Of a DNA stretch of 64,000 nucleotides, positions 41,294 through 50,076 are shown piece after piece. Under the pieces are notes generated by a model. The model was not told the origin of the DNA, did not search any database, and worked only from the letters and a program-made list of their open reading frames with translations. Source of the stretch: Pseudomonadota bacterium. Lineage in GTDB: Bacteria; Pseudomonadota; Alphaproteobacteria; DSM-16000; Inquilinaceae. The translations under genes and the position numbers were made by a program. Location of the stretch: the NCBI GenBank assembly GCA_039030175.1, contig JBCCER010000001.1:7522-71521 (forward strand). Direction: 5' to 3'. Positions within the stretch are counted from its first letter, which is position 1. Each line of letters starts with the position of its first letter.

Positions 41294-42266
41294 AGAGAAT
41301 ATCGACCGTCAAATTGACCAGGATCACCGTTGTTGCGACGAGCAGGATGCCGCCTTGGACGACCGGATAGTCGCGCCTTGAGATGGATTCGACCAGCCAT
41401 TTGCCGATGCCTGGCCATGCGAAGATGGTCTCGGTCAAGATCGCGCCTGCAAACAAGGCTCCGACCTGTAACCCAATCACCGTGATGACGGGGATCAAGG
41501 CGTTGCGAAGGGCATGGATGCCGATCACGCGACGAGGCGACAGCCCCTTTGCCCGTGCCGTCCGGATGTAGTCGTCGGACAAGACCTCGAGCATCGACGA
41601 ACGGGTCATACGTGCGATCACGGCCATTGGGATCGTCGCCAGCGCGGTCGCCGGGAGGATCAAATGGTGTACTGCTGACCAGAATGCGCCTGGCTGGCCG
41701 GACAGCAGGGAGTCGATCAGCATGAAGCCGGTTACCGGCTCAAAGAAGTATAGCAGGCTGATACGGTTGGTGACCGGCGTCCAGCCGAGATAGCCGGAGA
41801 ATACGAGGATCAGGATTAGGGCCCACCAAAAGATGGGCATCGAATAGCCGGTGAGCGCCGCGCCCATCAGCGTGTGGTCCGGCCATTTGCCGCGATTGAT
41901 TGCGGCGATAATGCCGGCAGGTAGGCCAAGAACCACGGCGATCAGCATGGCGGAGATGGAGAGTTCCAGCGTCGCCGGAAATAGCTCAAGAAACTCCGTC
42001 AACACGGGCGTTCGGCTGACGAAGGATTCGCCCAAATTGCCGGTCAGAACATTGCCGATATAGGCCAGATATTGCTCGATGAGCGGGCGGTCGATGCCGA
42101 GTTGAGCAGCGAGTTCGGCGTGACGTTCATCTGACATGCCCCGCTCGCCGGCCATCACCACGATGGGATCGCCAGGAATCATGTGGATCAGCGCAAAGGC
42201 GAGAATCGTCACGCCGAAGAAAGTAGGAATGACGACGCCTAGCCGACGGAGAACAAAGGACAGCAT
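41256..42266 (-). CDS. Dpp/Opp-type ABC transporter permease (DppB-like)
   Basis: 336 aa with N-terminus MLSFVLRRLGVVIPTFFGVTILAFALIHMIPGDP and EAA loop YIRTARAKGLSPRRVIGIHALRNALIPV. Confidence 0.9.
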   Translation of the reverse strand: MLSFVLRRLGVVIPTFFGVTILAFALIHMIPGDPIVVMAGERGMSDERHAELAAQLGIDRPLIEQYLAYIGNVLTGNLGESFVSRTPVLTEFLELFPATLELSISAMLIAVVLGLPAGIIAAINRGKWPDHTLMGAALTGYSMPIFWWALILILVFSGYLGWTPVTNRISLLYFFEPVTGFMLIDSLLSGQPGAFWSAVHHLILPATALATIPMAVIARMTRSSMLEVLSDDYIRTARAKGLSPRRVIGIHALRNALIPVITVIGLQVGALFAGAILTETIFAWPGIGKWLVESISRRDYPVVQGGILLVATTVILVNLTVDILYGVVDPRIRRRG

Positions 42267-42293
42267 TACACAAACGCCTTGCGCCAGAAGGTA

Positions 42294-42327
42294 GTCGCGG
42301 GAAACCCGTTCTTAGGTTTCCCGCGAC
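42294..42327 (-). other. intercistronic perfect stem-loop between binding-protein and permease genes
   Basis: GTCGCGGGAAAC-N10-GTTTCCCGCGAC is a perfect 12-bp stem. It lies about 25 nt after the binding-protein stop and about 27 nt before the permease start, with no U-tract. Confidence 0.6.
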
Positions 42328-42352
42328 GGTCTCACTGACGGCAAAGGGTCGA

Positions 42353-43951
42353 CTATTCGGCCAGCGTCACTTCATAAAAGCCGAACGAACCGAGTGGATC
42401 GATGATGTAGCCTTCGACCTCGCTGCGCATCGGCACGAACACAACGGAGTGGGCTACCGTCAGCCACGGAACCTCTTCTTTGAAGACCGCTTGAGCCTGC
42501 TCATAAAGCGGCGTGCGCTCGTCCTGATTGGAGATCGTGCGCGCTTCCTGAATCAGGCTCTCGAATGGCTCATGGCACCAGCGGGCGCGGTTGTTGCCGA
42601 CCTCTGCTGCCGCGCAGCCCAATAGATCGTTGAGGAAGTTGTCAGGGTCGCCATTGTCACCCGTCCAGCCGAGCAGGACTGTGTCATGCTCGCCATCACG
42701 GCTACGCTGTAGGTACTCGCCCCATTCATAGCTGATGATTTCGGCGTCGACGCCGATCTGGGCCCAGTCCTCCTGGATCAGTTCAGCCATCCGGCGGGCG
42801 TTGGGGTTATAGGGCCGTTGCACGGGCATCGCCCAGATGTCTGTCGAAAACCCATCCGGATAACCGGCTTCGGCCAAAAGCGCGCGAGCCGCGTCGGGAT
42901 CGTATTCATGATCCACCACCTCGCCGTTCCACGACCACATGGTCGGCGGGATCGGGTTGGTCGCGATCTGTCCAGCGCCCTGGAACACCGCATCGAGAAT
43001 GGCCTGGCGGTCGACGGCCATAGCGAGCGCCTCGCGCACATCGCGATTGTCAAACGGTTCGCGCTCGGTATTGAAGGCGAGGTAGCCGACATTGAGACCT
43101 TCCTGGGTCATCACATTGACGTCCTCATTGGCCTCCATCTGCTCCAAATCGGCCGGGTTCGGATAGGCCATGATGTGGCATTCGCCGGCCAGCAGCTTTT
43201 GGTAGCGCACCTGCGGGTCTGGCGTGATGGAGTAGATTAGGTTCTCGACCCCGGCCGGGCCGCCCCAATAATCGTTGTTGCGCAAGTACCGGATGACCGC
43301 GTCGCGCTGATAGGCCTGGAACACCCAGGGGCCAGTGCCGATCGGCTGCAGATCAAGCTGCTCCGGGGTTCCCGCATCCATCATCTGCTCGGCGTACTCT
43401 GCTGAGTAGATCGACGCGAAATCCATTGCCAGGTTCGACAGGAACGGCGAGACGGGCTGGGTCAGGTTGAAGCGAACCGTGTAGTCGTCGACACGATCGA
43501 TCGACTCGATCAGATCGCCCATGCCCATGCCATTGAAATAGGTATAGGTGCCGCCGGAGATATTGTGGAACGGATGCTCGGTATCGAGCTGGCGCTCGAA
43601 CGAGAACATGACGTCGTCGGCGTTGAAGTCGCGTGACGGTGTGAAATAGCCGGTGGAGTGGAACGGTACTCCCTCACGCAGATTGAACGTGTAGGTCAGG
43701 CCGTCATCGGAGACGTCCCAGCTCTCCGCCAGGCCGGGGATTACCGACGTGGTGCCGCGGTCGAACTGAGCTAGCCGATTATAGATCGGCGTGGAACTGG
43801 CGGTGAAGGTCGTGCCAGCAGTGGAGAGCGCCGGACTGAAGTTCTCCGGGCTGCCCTCGGAGCAAAAAATCAACGTCTGGGCGCCGGCGCTGGTCGCAAA
43901 GGCGGTCGACGCAGCGATCGCCATAACGGATGCGCCAATAAGCTTTTTCAT
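42353..43951 (-). CDS. ABC transporter substrate-binding protein, family 5 (DppA/OppA-like)
   Basis: 532 aa from MKKLIGASVMAIAASTAFATSAGA (signal peptide). GGGAG lies 7 nt upstream of the ATG at 43951. Confidence 0.88.
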   Translation of the reverse strand: MKKLIGASVMAIAASTAFATSAGAQTLIFCSEGSPENFSPALSTAGTTFTASSTPIYNRLAQFDRGTTSVIPGLAESWDVSDDGLTYTFNLREGVPFHSTGYFTPSRDFNADDVMFSFERQLDTEHPFHNISGGTYTYFNGMGMGDLIESIDRVDDYTVRFNLTQPVSPFLSNLAMDFASIYSAEYAEQMMDAGTPEQLDLQPIGTGPWVFQAYQRDAVIRYLRNNDYWGGPAGVENLIYSITPDPQVRYQKLLAGECHIMAYPNPADLEQMEANEDVNVMTQEGLNVGYLAFNTEREPFDNRDVREALAMAVDRQAILDAVFQGAGQIATNPIPPTMWSWNGEVVDHEYDPDAARALLAEAGYPDGFSTDIWAMPVQRPYNPNARRMAELIQEDWAQIGVDAEIISYEWGEYLQRSRDGEHDTVLLGWTGDNGDPDNFLNDLLGCAAAEVGNNRARWCHEPFESLIQEARTISNQDERTPLYEQAQAVFKEEVPWLTVAHSVVFVPMRSEVEGYIIDPLGSFGFYEVTLAE

Positions 43952-44147
43952 AAGGAAACTCCCTGTTTTGATTTTGCCGAGATTGTCGGCATTCAAGCGG
44001 GCGCACTTCAATCCATGGCGCCGGTTGCTGTTGCGGCGATTATCACCCTCGGCCAAGTAGTGTCAATCGAGCGCTTTGCACTTAACGCGGAACGATGGGC
44101 GAACGGCGGTTTACGCAAACCTCCGATTCTGCCACCATCCCGAATGG

Positions 44148-44759
44148 CTAGTTAACCCTGGTCGCGGTTGCCAGCGGCCTTCGGGCTTGGCGCAGGGCGC
44201 GGCTGACCAAGCCAGCGGGGTAGGGCGGTTCCAAGGTGCAGCGCCCGCCTAAGGCAAGAAATCCAAAACCCAGATCCGTGGCCAGAATGGGCGCATTTTC
44301 GTCGGTGCGGCGGTAAATTAGGGTCAGCAGCCGAATTCGCGGCCATTCCTCCTCAGGAACCGCAAGACGCAACAGCCGCGTACCGTAGCGCAGGCAAAAC
44401 TCTCCAAAATCCGCCAGTTCATCGAGCGCAGTAGCCGTCGGTCGTCTTTGCCCGTCCAATGCGACGGTGACGTCAATCCGTTCGATGTCCGCGATCCATT
44501 GGACCCCCAATTCATGGAGCGTTGGAACGGCTCCAGAGGCGAGGGGAAAGCCAATGCCGCGTTCAATCCCTTCCGTCTGTGCCGCAAATGCGACGGGGTC
44601 ATAGGGCCAGGGAGCTTCGGCTTGCGGCTGGTCGCCTGACCCGTCGTCTGGTGTTGGCATACAGGCGGCGACCATGGTCAACAGCAGCGCGGCAACGACA
44701 CGTTTCACGCTACCCACTTCGGTGCGTGAGCGGCGTGAAAACGCGTTACCGCAGCTCAA
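44148..44759 (-). CDS. hypothetical lipoprotein
   Basis: ORF with VKRVVAALLLTMVAAC|MP (lipobox). The TTG at 44759 overlaps the DegT stop (TTGA); the GTG at 44708 is the alternative start. No family recognised. Confidence 0.5.
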   Translation of the reverse strand: MSCGNAFSRRSRTEVGSVKRVVAALLLTMVAACMPTPDDGSGDQPQAEAPWPYDPVAFAAQTEGIERGIGFPLASGAVPTLHELGVQWIADIERIDVTVALDGQRRPTATALDELADFGEFCLRYGTRLLRLAVPEEEWPRIRLLTLIYRRTDENAPILATDLGFGFLALGGRCTLEPPYPAGLVSRALRQARRPLATATRVN

Positions 44760-45853
44760 CGTGTTGTACCAATTCGAACAGCCTCGACCACCCGGTCGAT
44801 ATCACTATCGGAAAGGCCGTGATGGACGGGCAGTGCCAAAATCCGAGCGGCCAGATCTTCGGTAACGGGCAGGCTCATTTCGCCATATCGTTCAATGAAG
44901 ACCGGCTGCTGATGAAGACCGCGCGGGTAATGGACGGCGCTGCCAACGCCGTTGTCGCGCAAAAACTCGGAAAGACCGTCGCGTGATCGACCGAATGCGG
45001 CCTCGTCCACCAAGACGCAGAACTGGTGCCAGGCATGGCCCGCCTTGGGGGCGATGATTGGCAGGGTCAATCCGGGCGTTCCGGCCAGCCCTGCGAGAAG
45101 TCGATCGGCGTTTTTCCGCCTGCGGTCCAGCATCGCCGGCAGGCGCTTGAGCTGCTCGCGCCCAATCGCTGCTGTGATGTCGGTCATTCGATAATTGTAG
45201 CCTAGGACCGTGTGCAAATAGCGCTCCGGCATGCCGTGTTCGCGCAGCAACCGCAGCTGTCGGTCACTGTCGGCATTTTGGGTGCAGGTCACACCGCCTT
45301 CACCGACGAACATATTTTTGCTCGGATAGAACGAGTAGGTGACATAGTCGCCAAACCCGCCGACGCCATGGCCGTCATATGTAGCGCCATGGGCCTGGGC
45401 AGCGTCCCAGACAATTTTCAGATTATGGCGTCCTGCCAAGTCCTGGACGGCTTCGATATCGCAAACATTACCGAAGAGATGGACCGGAACGATCGCGCGC
45501 GTTCGCTCAGTGACGCGGGATTCTGCGTCGGCGAGATCGATCGTCCACGTCGCTGGGTCGACATCGCACATAATGGGCACGCCGCCCGCCGCGATCACCA
45601 TGGTGGCGGTGGAAATGAAGGTGAAGGAGGGTACCAACACCTCGTCGCCCGGCTCCAGGAAGTCGGCGAACGCTATATGCAATGCCGTGGAGCCGTTTAC
45701 GTTCGCAATTGCATGCCGGGCCCCTACAAAGCGGCCAAACTCCTTCTCAAAGGACGCGACCTGCGGCCCTTGGCGCAACATTCCACTTTTGAGGACTTCG
45801 ACCGCAGCGCCGATCTCGGCTTCGGTTAGCTTGGTGTCCGCGATCCCGATCAT
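44756..45853 (-). CDS. DegT/DnrJ/EryC1/StrS family sugar aminotransferase
   Basis: 365 aa with the PLP-lysine context YSFYPSKNMFVGEGG and typical N-terminal EIGAAVEVLKSGML. Confidence 0.88.
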   Translation of the reverse strand: MIGIADTKLTEAEIGAAVEVLKSGMLRQGPQVASFEKEFGRFVGARHAIANVNGSTALHIAFADFLEPGDEVLVPSFTFISTATMVIAAGGVPIMCDVDPATWTIDLADAESRVTERTRAIVPVHLFGNVCDIEAVQDLAGRHNLKIVWDAAQAHGATYDGHGVGGFGDYVTYSFYPSKNMFVGEGGVTCTQNADSDRQLRLLREHGMPERYLHTVLGYNYRMTDITAAIGREQLKRLPAMLDRRRKNADRLLAGLAGTPGLTLPIIAPKAGHAWHQFCVLVDEAAFGRSRDGLSEFLRDNGVGSAVHYPRGLHQQPVFIERYGEMSLPVTEDLAARILALPVHHGLSDSDIDRVVEAVRIGTTR

Positions 45854-45877
45854 GATCAGCTCCTTGCCGTCACGATC

Positions 45878-46435
<558 letters not shown>

Positions 46436-46627
46436 GCGCCAATACTCTCCTGTTTCAAGCGTTCGCGCAGGACCGCCTTCATGGCCAATCCAAATGGTGC
46501 GCGCGAACCCAGCATAACAACTCTGCCAGGTCCAGCGTTGATTGACGGGCCGCCCAACTCTCGACCGCCTTGGTCTCAACGTGGTACCCACCCGGGTCCA
46601 AGTAAGATCGTTGTTCAGGGCCTTCAG

Positions 46628-47986
46628 ATGGCGGAGCCAGCGCAATCTCCTAACAGTCATTACGGCAGTCTGGCCGATCGGATCAGTTCCGGTACCGCGA
46701 CAATCGGCATCGTGGGGCTCGGCTATGTCGGTTTGCCACTGGCGATCGCATTTTCGTCGCAGGGTTTTCCTGTCGTTGGCATCGATATCGACTGGAGCAA
46801 GGTTGATGAATTGGCCGCTGGCCGTTCGTACATCGCTCATATTGCTGAAAGTGATGTGGCCGCTATGGCGACCTCGGGTCGGTTTCGGGCCACCTCCGAT
46901 TTCGCGGCTTGCGCGGAGTTGGACGTCGCGATCCTGTGCGTGCCAACACCGCTTACCCGGCACCGCGAGCCGGACCTGTCCTATGTATGCGAGACCACCC
47001 GCTCAATCGCGCAGCATCTTCGTCCGGGTTGCCTCGTTGTGCTTGAATCCACGACCTATCCAGGCACGACCACGGGGGAGATCAAGCCGCTGCTCGAAGC
47101 CGCTGGTCTCAAATCCCGCGAAAACGTCTTTCTGGCCTATTCGCCCGAGCGTGAAGACCCGGGAAACATCGATCATTCGACCGCATCGATCCCGAAGGTG
47201 GTTGGCGCCGATGGCGACTTGGCGCTGAAGCTCGCCGTCGGCCTTTACGATCGGATCGTGCCGCGCACCGTGCCCGTATCGTCGCCCGATACGGCAGAGG
47301 CGGTGAAGCTGACCGAGAACATCTTTCGTGCCGTCAACATCGCATTGGTGAACGAGCTGAAAGTTGTCTTCGATGCGATGGGGGTAGACATCTGGGAGGT
47401 CATCGAGGCCGCAAAAACCAAGCCATTCGGCTACATGCCCTTTTACCCGGGCCCTGGCCTCGGCGGACACTGCATTCCGATCGACCCATTCTACCTCACT
47501 TGGAAAGCGCGCGAATACGATATCGCGACCCGCTTCATCGAGTTGGCGGGCGAAGTCAACACCGCCATGCCGTCCTACGTGGTCGAAAAGCTAGCTCGTG
47601 CGTTGGACAGCCAAGCTGAGCGTGGGTTGAAGGGCGCCAAAATCCTCATTGTCGGTGTGGGCTACAAGAAGAATGTCGGCGATACCAGAGAGAGCCCGGC
47701 GTTGAAGATCTCTGAACTGCTGATGGCGAGGGGGGCTGAGATCGCTTTCATTGACCCTTACATTGAAGCCCTTCCGCCTCTTCGCCATTACCCTGAACTG
47801 GAGGGGCATCCCGTTCTTTCGTGGCGGGACGACGCGTCACTGTCGGGCTTCGACGCGGCGATCATTGTCACCGACCACGACGATGTCGACTATCAGCTGT
47901 TGGTTGATCGGGTCCCTCTGATCGTGGATACCCGGAATGTCCTGGCGCGAGGCGGCTTCATTTCATCGGGAATCGTCAACGCTTAA
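46628..47986 (+). CDS. nucleotide-sugar dehydrogenase (UDP-GlcNAc/UDP-ManNAc 6-dehydrogenase-like)
   Basis: 452 aa from MAEPAQS with Rossmann motif IGIVGLGYVGLPLAIAF and catalytic Cys context GLGGHCIPIDP. Confidence 0.85.
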   Translation: MAEPAQSPNSHYGSLADRISSGTATIGIVGLGYVGLPLAIAFSSQGFPVVGIDIDWSKVDELAAGRSYIAHIAESDVAAMATSGRFRATSDFAACAELDVAILCVPTPLTRHREPDLSYVCETTRSIAQHLRPGCLVVLESTTYPGTTTGEIKPLLEAAGLKSRENVFLAYSPEREDPGNIDHSTASIPKVVGADGDLALKLAVGLYDRIVPRTVPVSSPDTAEAVKLTENIFRAVNIALVNELKVVFDAMGVDIWEVIEAAKTKPFGYMPFYPGPGLGGHCIPIDPFYLTWKAREYDIATRFIELAGEVNTAMPSYVVEKLARALDSQAERGLKGAKILIVGVGYKKNVGDTRESPALKISELLMARGAEIAFIDPYIEALPPLRHYPELEGHPVLSWRDDASLSGFDAAIIVTDHDDVDYQLLVDRVPLIVDTRNVLARGGFISSGIVNA

Positions 47987-48007
47987 GCTCAACAACAGCT
48001 GGGCCGA

Positions 48008-48748
48008 TCAAACCGGTTTCTCCGCGCTCAGAACGATGCAGCAGGGGTTGTCGAGATACCACTGGACCTTTGGTGTCAGATCGAGCTGATCCGCCGCCAA
48101 GGCTAGTTTGTGCCATCTGACGTTTCTAAGACCGGCTTGATGCAGGGCGTCCTCGTGCTCTTGCTTCGTCCACTGCCACAACGGGACCTGCAGTTCGCCG
48201 ATGACTAACCGGTATTCCGGCGGCGCGACGGGGTCGTAGCGAAAACCGAACAGCTGCTCCAACCTCGGCTCTTGGGGCTCAAAGCGGCTTTCCGGACTGA
48301 CAGTAAAGGTAACAAACCGGCCGCCCGGCTTCAGGTTTCTCGCAATGAGCCGGCACATCTGTCCCAGTTCGTCGAGATCCGCAGCGTAGTGCAGGAGATA
48401 GAGCGCCGTCACCAGGTCGACGGGCGAAGCCAGCGCAAACGTCTCGTCGCGAGCGTCTAGCTGACGATAGCTTAGGCCAGGATAGTAGGGGCCTGGTCCA
48501 CCCGGTTCATTCTGCTCCAAGGCTCGTGCGATCATCTCGCCTGAGATGTCGAGGCCAATGACCGAATTGGCACCGCGTTCCATCAAAACGCGCGACAGGC
48601 GCCCCTCGCCGCAGGCAAGGTCAAGAATGTTCAGGCCAGCCACCGGTCCGATAGTTTCTAGGAAAACGGGCCATTCCACATAGGCGTAGAGGCTGTCGGT
48701 CTTTGCCCAGTCCTGATAGCTGTCCGTATTCTCGTCGTAGTCCGCCAT
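48008..48748 (-). CDS. class I SAM-dependent methyltransferase
   Basis: 246 aa with motif I ILDLACGEGRLS. Confidence 0.75.
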   Translation of the reverse strand: MADYDENTDSYQDWAKTDSLYAYVEWPVFLETIGPVAGLNILDLACGEGRLSRVLMERGANSVIGLDISGEMIARALEQNEPGGPGPYYPGLSYRQLDARDETFALASPVDLVTALYLLHYAADLDELGQMCRLIARNLKPGGRFVTFTVSPESRFEPQEPRLEQLFGFRYDPVAPPEYRLVIGELQVPLWQWTKQEHEDALHQAGLRNVRWHKLALAADQLDLTPKVQWYLDNPCCIVLSAEKPV

Positions 48749-48828
48749 GAGAGTCGGTCCGTCGTTGAGGGGAGGTTGCCTAACGGGAAATCCGCAGCCA
48801 AATTTTGCGTCATCCTGGCAACAGGCTT

Positions 48829-48876
48829 GCGATCAATGCGTCTGTGATCGCGAGGGTTTCGCGCATATGATCGCGA
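48829..48876. promoter_or_regulatory. candidate transcription-factor site array in divergent promoter region
   Basis: Inverted repeat GCGATCA-N9-TGATCGC (48829-48851), and a 9-nt direct repeat TGATCGCGA at 48845-48853 and 48868-48876 (23-nt period). It lies between the methyltransferase and phnM-like starts. Confidence 0.3.
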
Positions 48877-48936
48877 ATCGAGTGTCACTGCACAAGCCAG
48901 AGCCAATCCACCACACGGGAAAGGAACGCTGACTTA

Positions 48937-50076
48937 ATGACCGGCCTGGTAGTCACCAATGCCCGCATCGTCACCGAAGATTCGATTCTGACCGGTAGTT
49001 TGCGCGTTGATGACGGTGAGATTCAGCAGATCGACGAATCAGTGTCGTCCGACCCTTCGGCAATCGATTTCGACGATGATTTTTTGCTGCCCGGCCTGGT
49101 CGAACTGCACACCGACAATGTGGAAAAGCACCTTGTGCCCCGCGCAGGCGTGCGCTGGCCGCACCCGCTTGCCGCAATGGTCGCCCACGACAATCAGGTG
49201 ATTGGTGCAGGAATCACCACCGTGTTGGATGCGCTTGCGGTTGGCGAATACCGCAGCGGTGGTGAGCGGCGCGAAATTATCGCGGAATCGATCGACGCGC
49301 TCTATCGCGGCAGCAGGGATGATCTGTTCCGTGCCGACCATTTCTTGCATCTACGCTGTGAAGTCTCCGACCGGGGCGTCATCGATATGGCTGAGCCTTA
49401 TCTCGATCATCCGCTTTTGCGCATGTTCTCGGTCATGGACCACACGCCGGGCCAAAGGCAGTTCAGCGATCTTGAGTCGTTTCGGCGCTTTCGAATGCGC
49501 GCGGGGACACCAGAGCGCGATGTCGATCGCGAGATTGCCCAGCTTCGCGCGACGCAAGATGATGTCGCCCACCGTCATCGGGAGATTGTCTTGAGATGGG
49601 GCCGCGAAAGAGGGCTGCCCGTCGCCAGTCATGACGATGCAACAGAAGCGCACATTGCCGAAGCGGTCGCCGATGGCATTTCGATCGCAGAATTCCCGAC
49701 CACCGATATTGCAGCGCGAAGGGCGCGAGAAGCAGGAATTCGGGTCGTCATGGGGGCGCCGAATGTCGTTCGTGGCGGCTCGCATTCGGGGAACGTAGCG
49801 GCGATGACGCTGGCACAATATGGGCTACTCGATGCGCTTTCGTCGGACTACGCACCTAAGAGCCTGCTGCACGCTGCGTTTTTGGTGGTCAACGATGCCG
49901 GTATGCGGTTGCCCGACGCTATCGCCTTGGTAACCCGCAACCCGGCCGAGATGATCGGATTTGCCGATCGGGGTAGCATCGCGCCCGGCAAGCGTGCCGA
50001 CCTAATACGGGTGAAGCTGGTCGACGGCTTGCCGATCGTTCGCAATGTCTGGGTGGCCGGGAACCGGGTTCTTTAG
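48937..50076 (+). CDS. phnM: PhnM-type amidohydrolase (alpha-D-ribose 1-methylphosphonate 5-triphosphate diphosphatase homologue)
   Basis: 379 aa, colinear with E. coli PhnM as I recall it. Motifs: LLPGLVELHTDN, ITTVLDA, MDHTPGQRQF, ASHDDAT, AEFPTT, MGAPNVVRGGSHSGNV, LSSDY. Confidence 0.8.
   Translation: MTGLVVTNARIVTEDSILTGSLRVDDGEIQQIDESVSSDPSAIDFDDDFLLPGLVELHTDNVEKHLVPRAGVRWPHPLAAMVAHDNQVIGAGITTVLDALAVGEYRSGGERREIIAESIDALYRGSRDDLFRADHFLHLRCEVSDRGVIDMAEPYLDHPLLRMFSVMDHTPGQRQFSDLESFRRFRMRAGTPERDVDREIAQLRATQDDVAHRHREIVLRWGRERGLPVASHDDATEAHIAEAVADGISIAEFPTTDIAARRAREAGIRVVMGAPNVVRGGSHSGNVAAMTLAQYGLLDALSSDYAPKSLLHAAFLVVNDAGMRLPDAIALVTRNPAEMIGFADRGSIAPGKRADLIRVKLVDGLPIVRNVWVAGNRVL

Noticed and set aside
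46436-46963. The N-terminal 175 codons of the 361-aa ORF that ends in the cyclophilin domain.
   Set aside because: The extension is Arg/Thr-rich with no domain. A GTG with an upstream AGGAG followed by a signal-peptide-like segment sits exactly where an exported cyclophilin should begin, so the gene was trimmed to 45878-46435.
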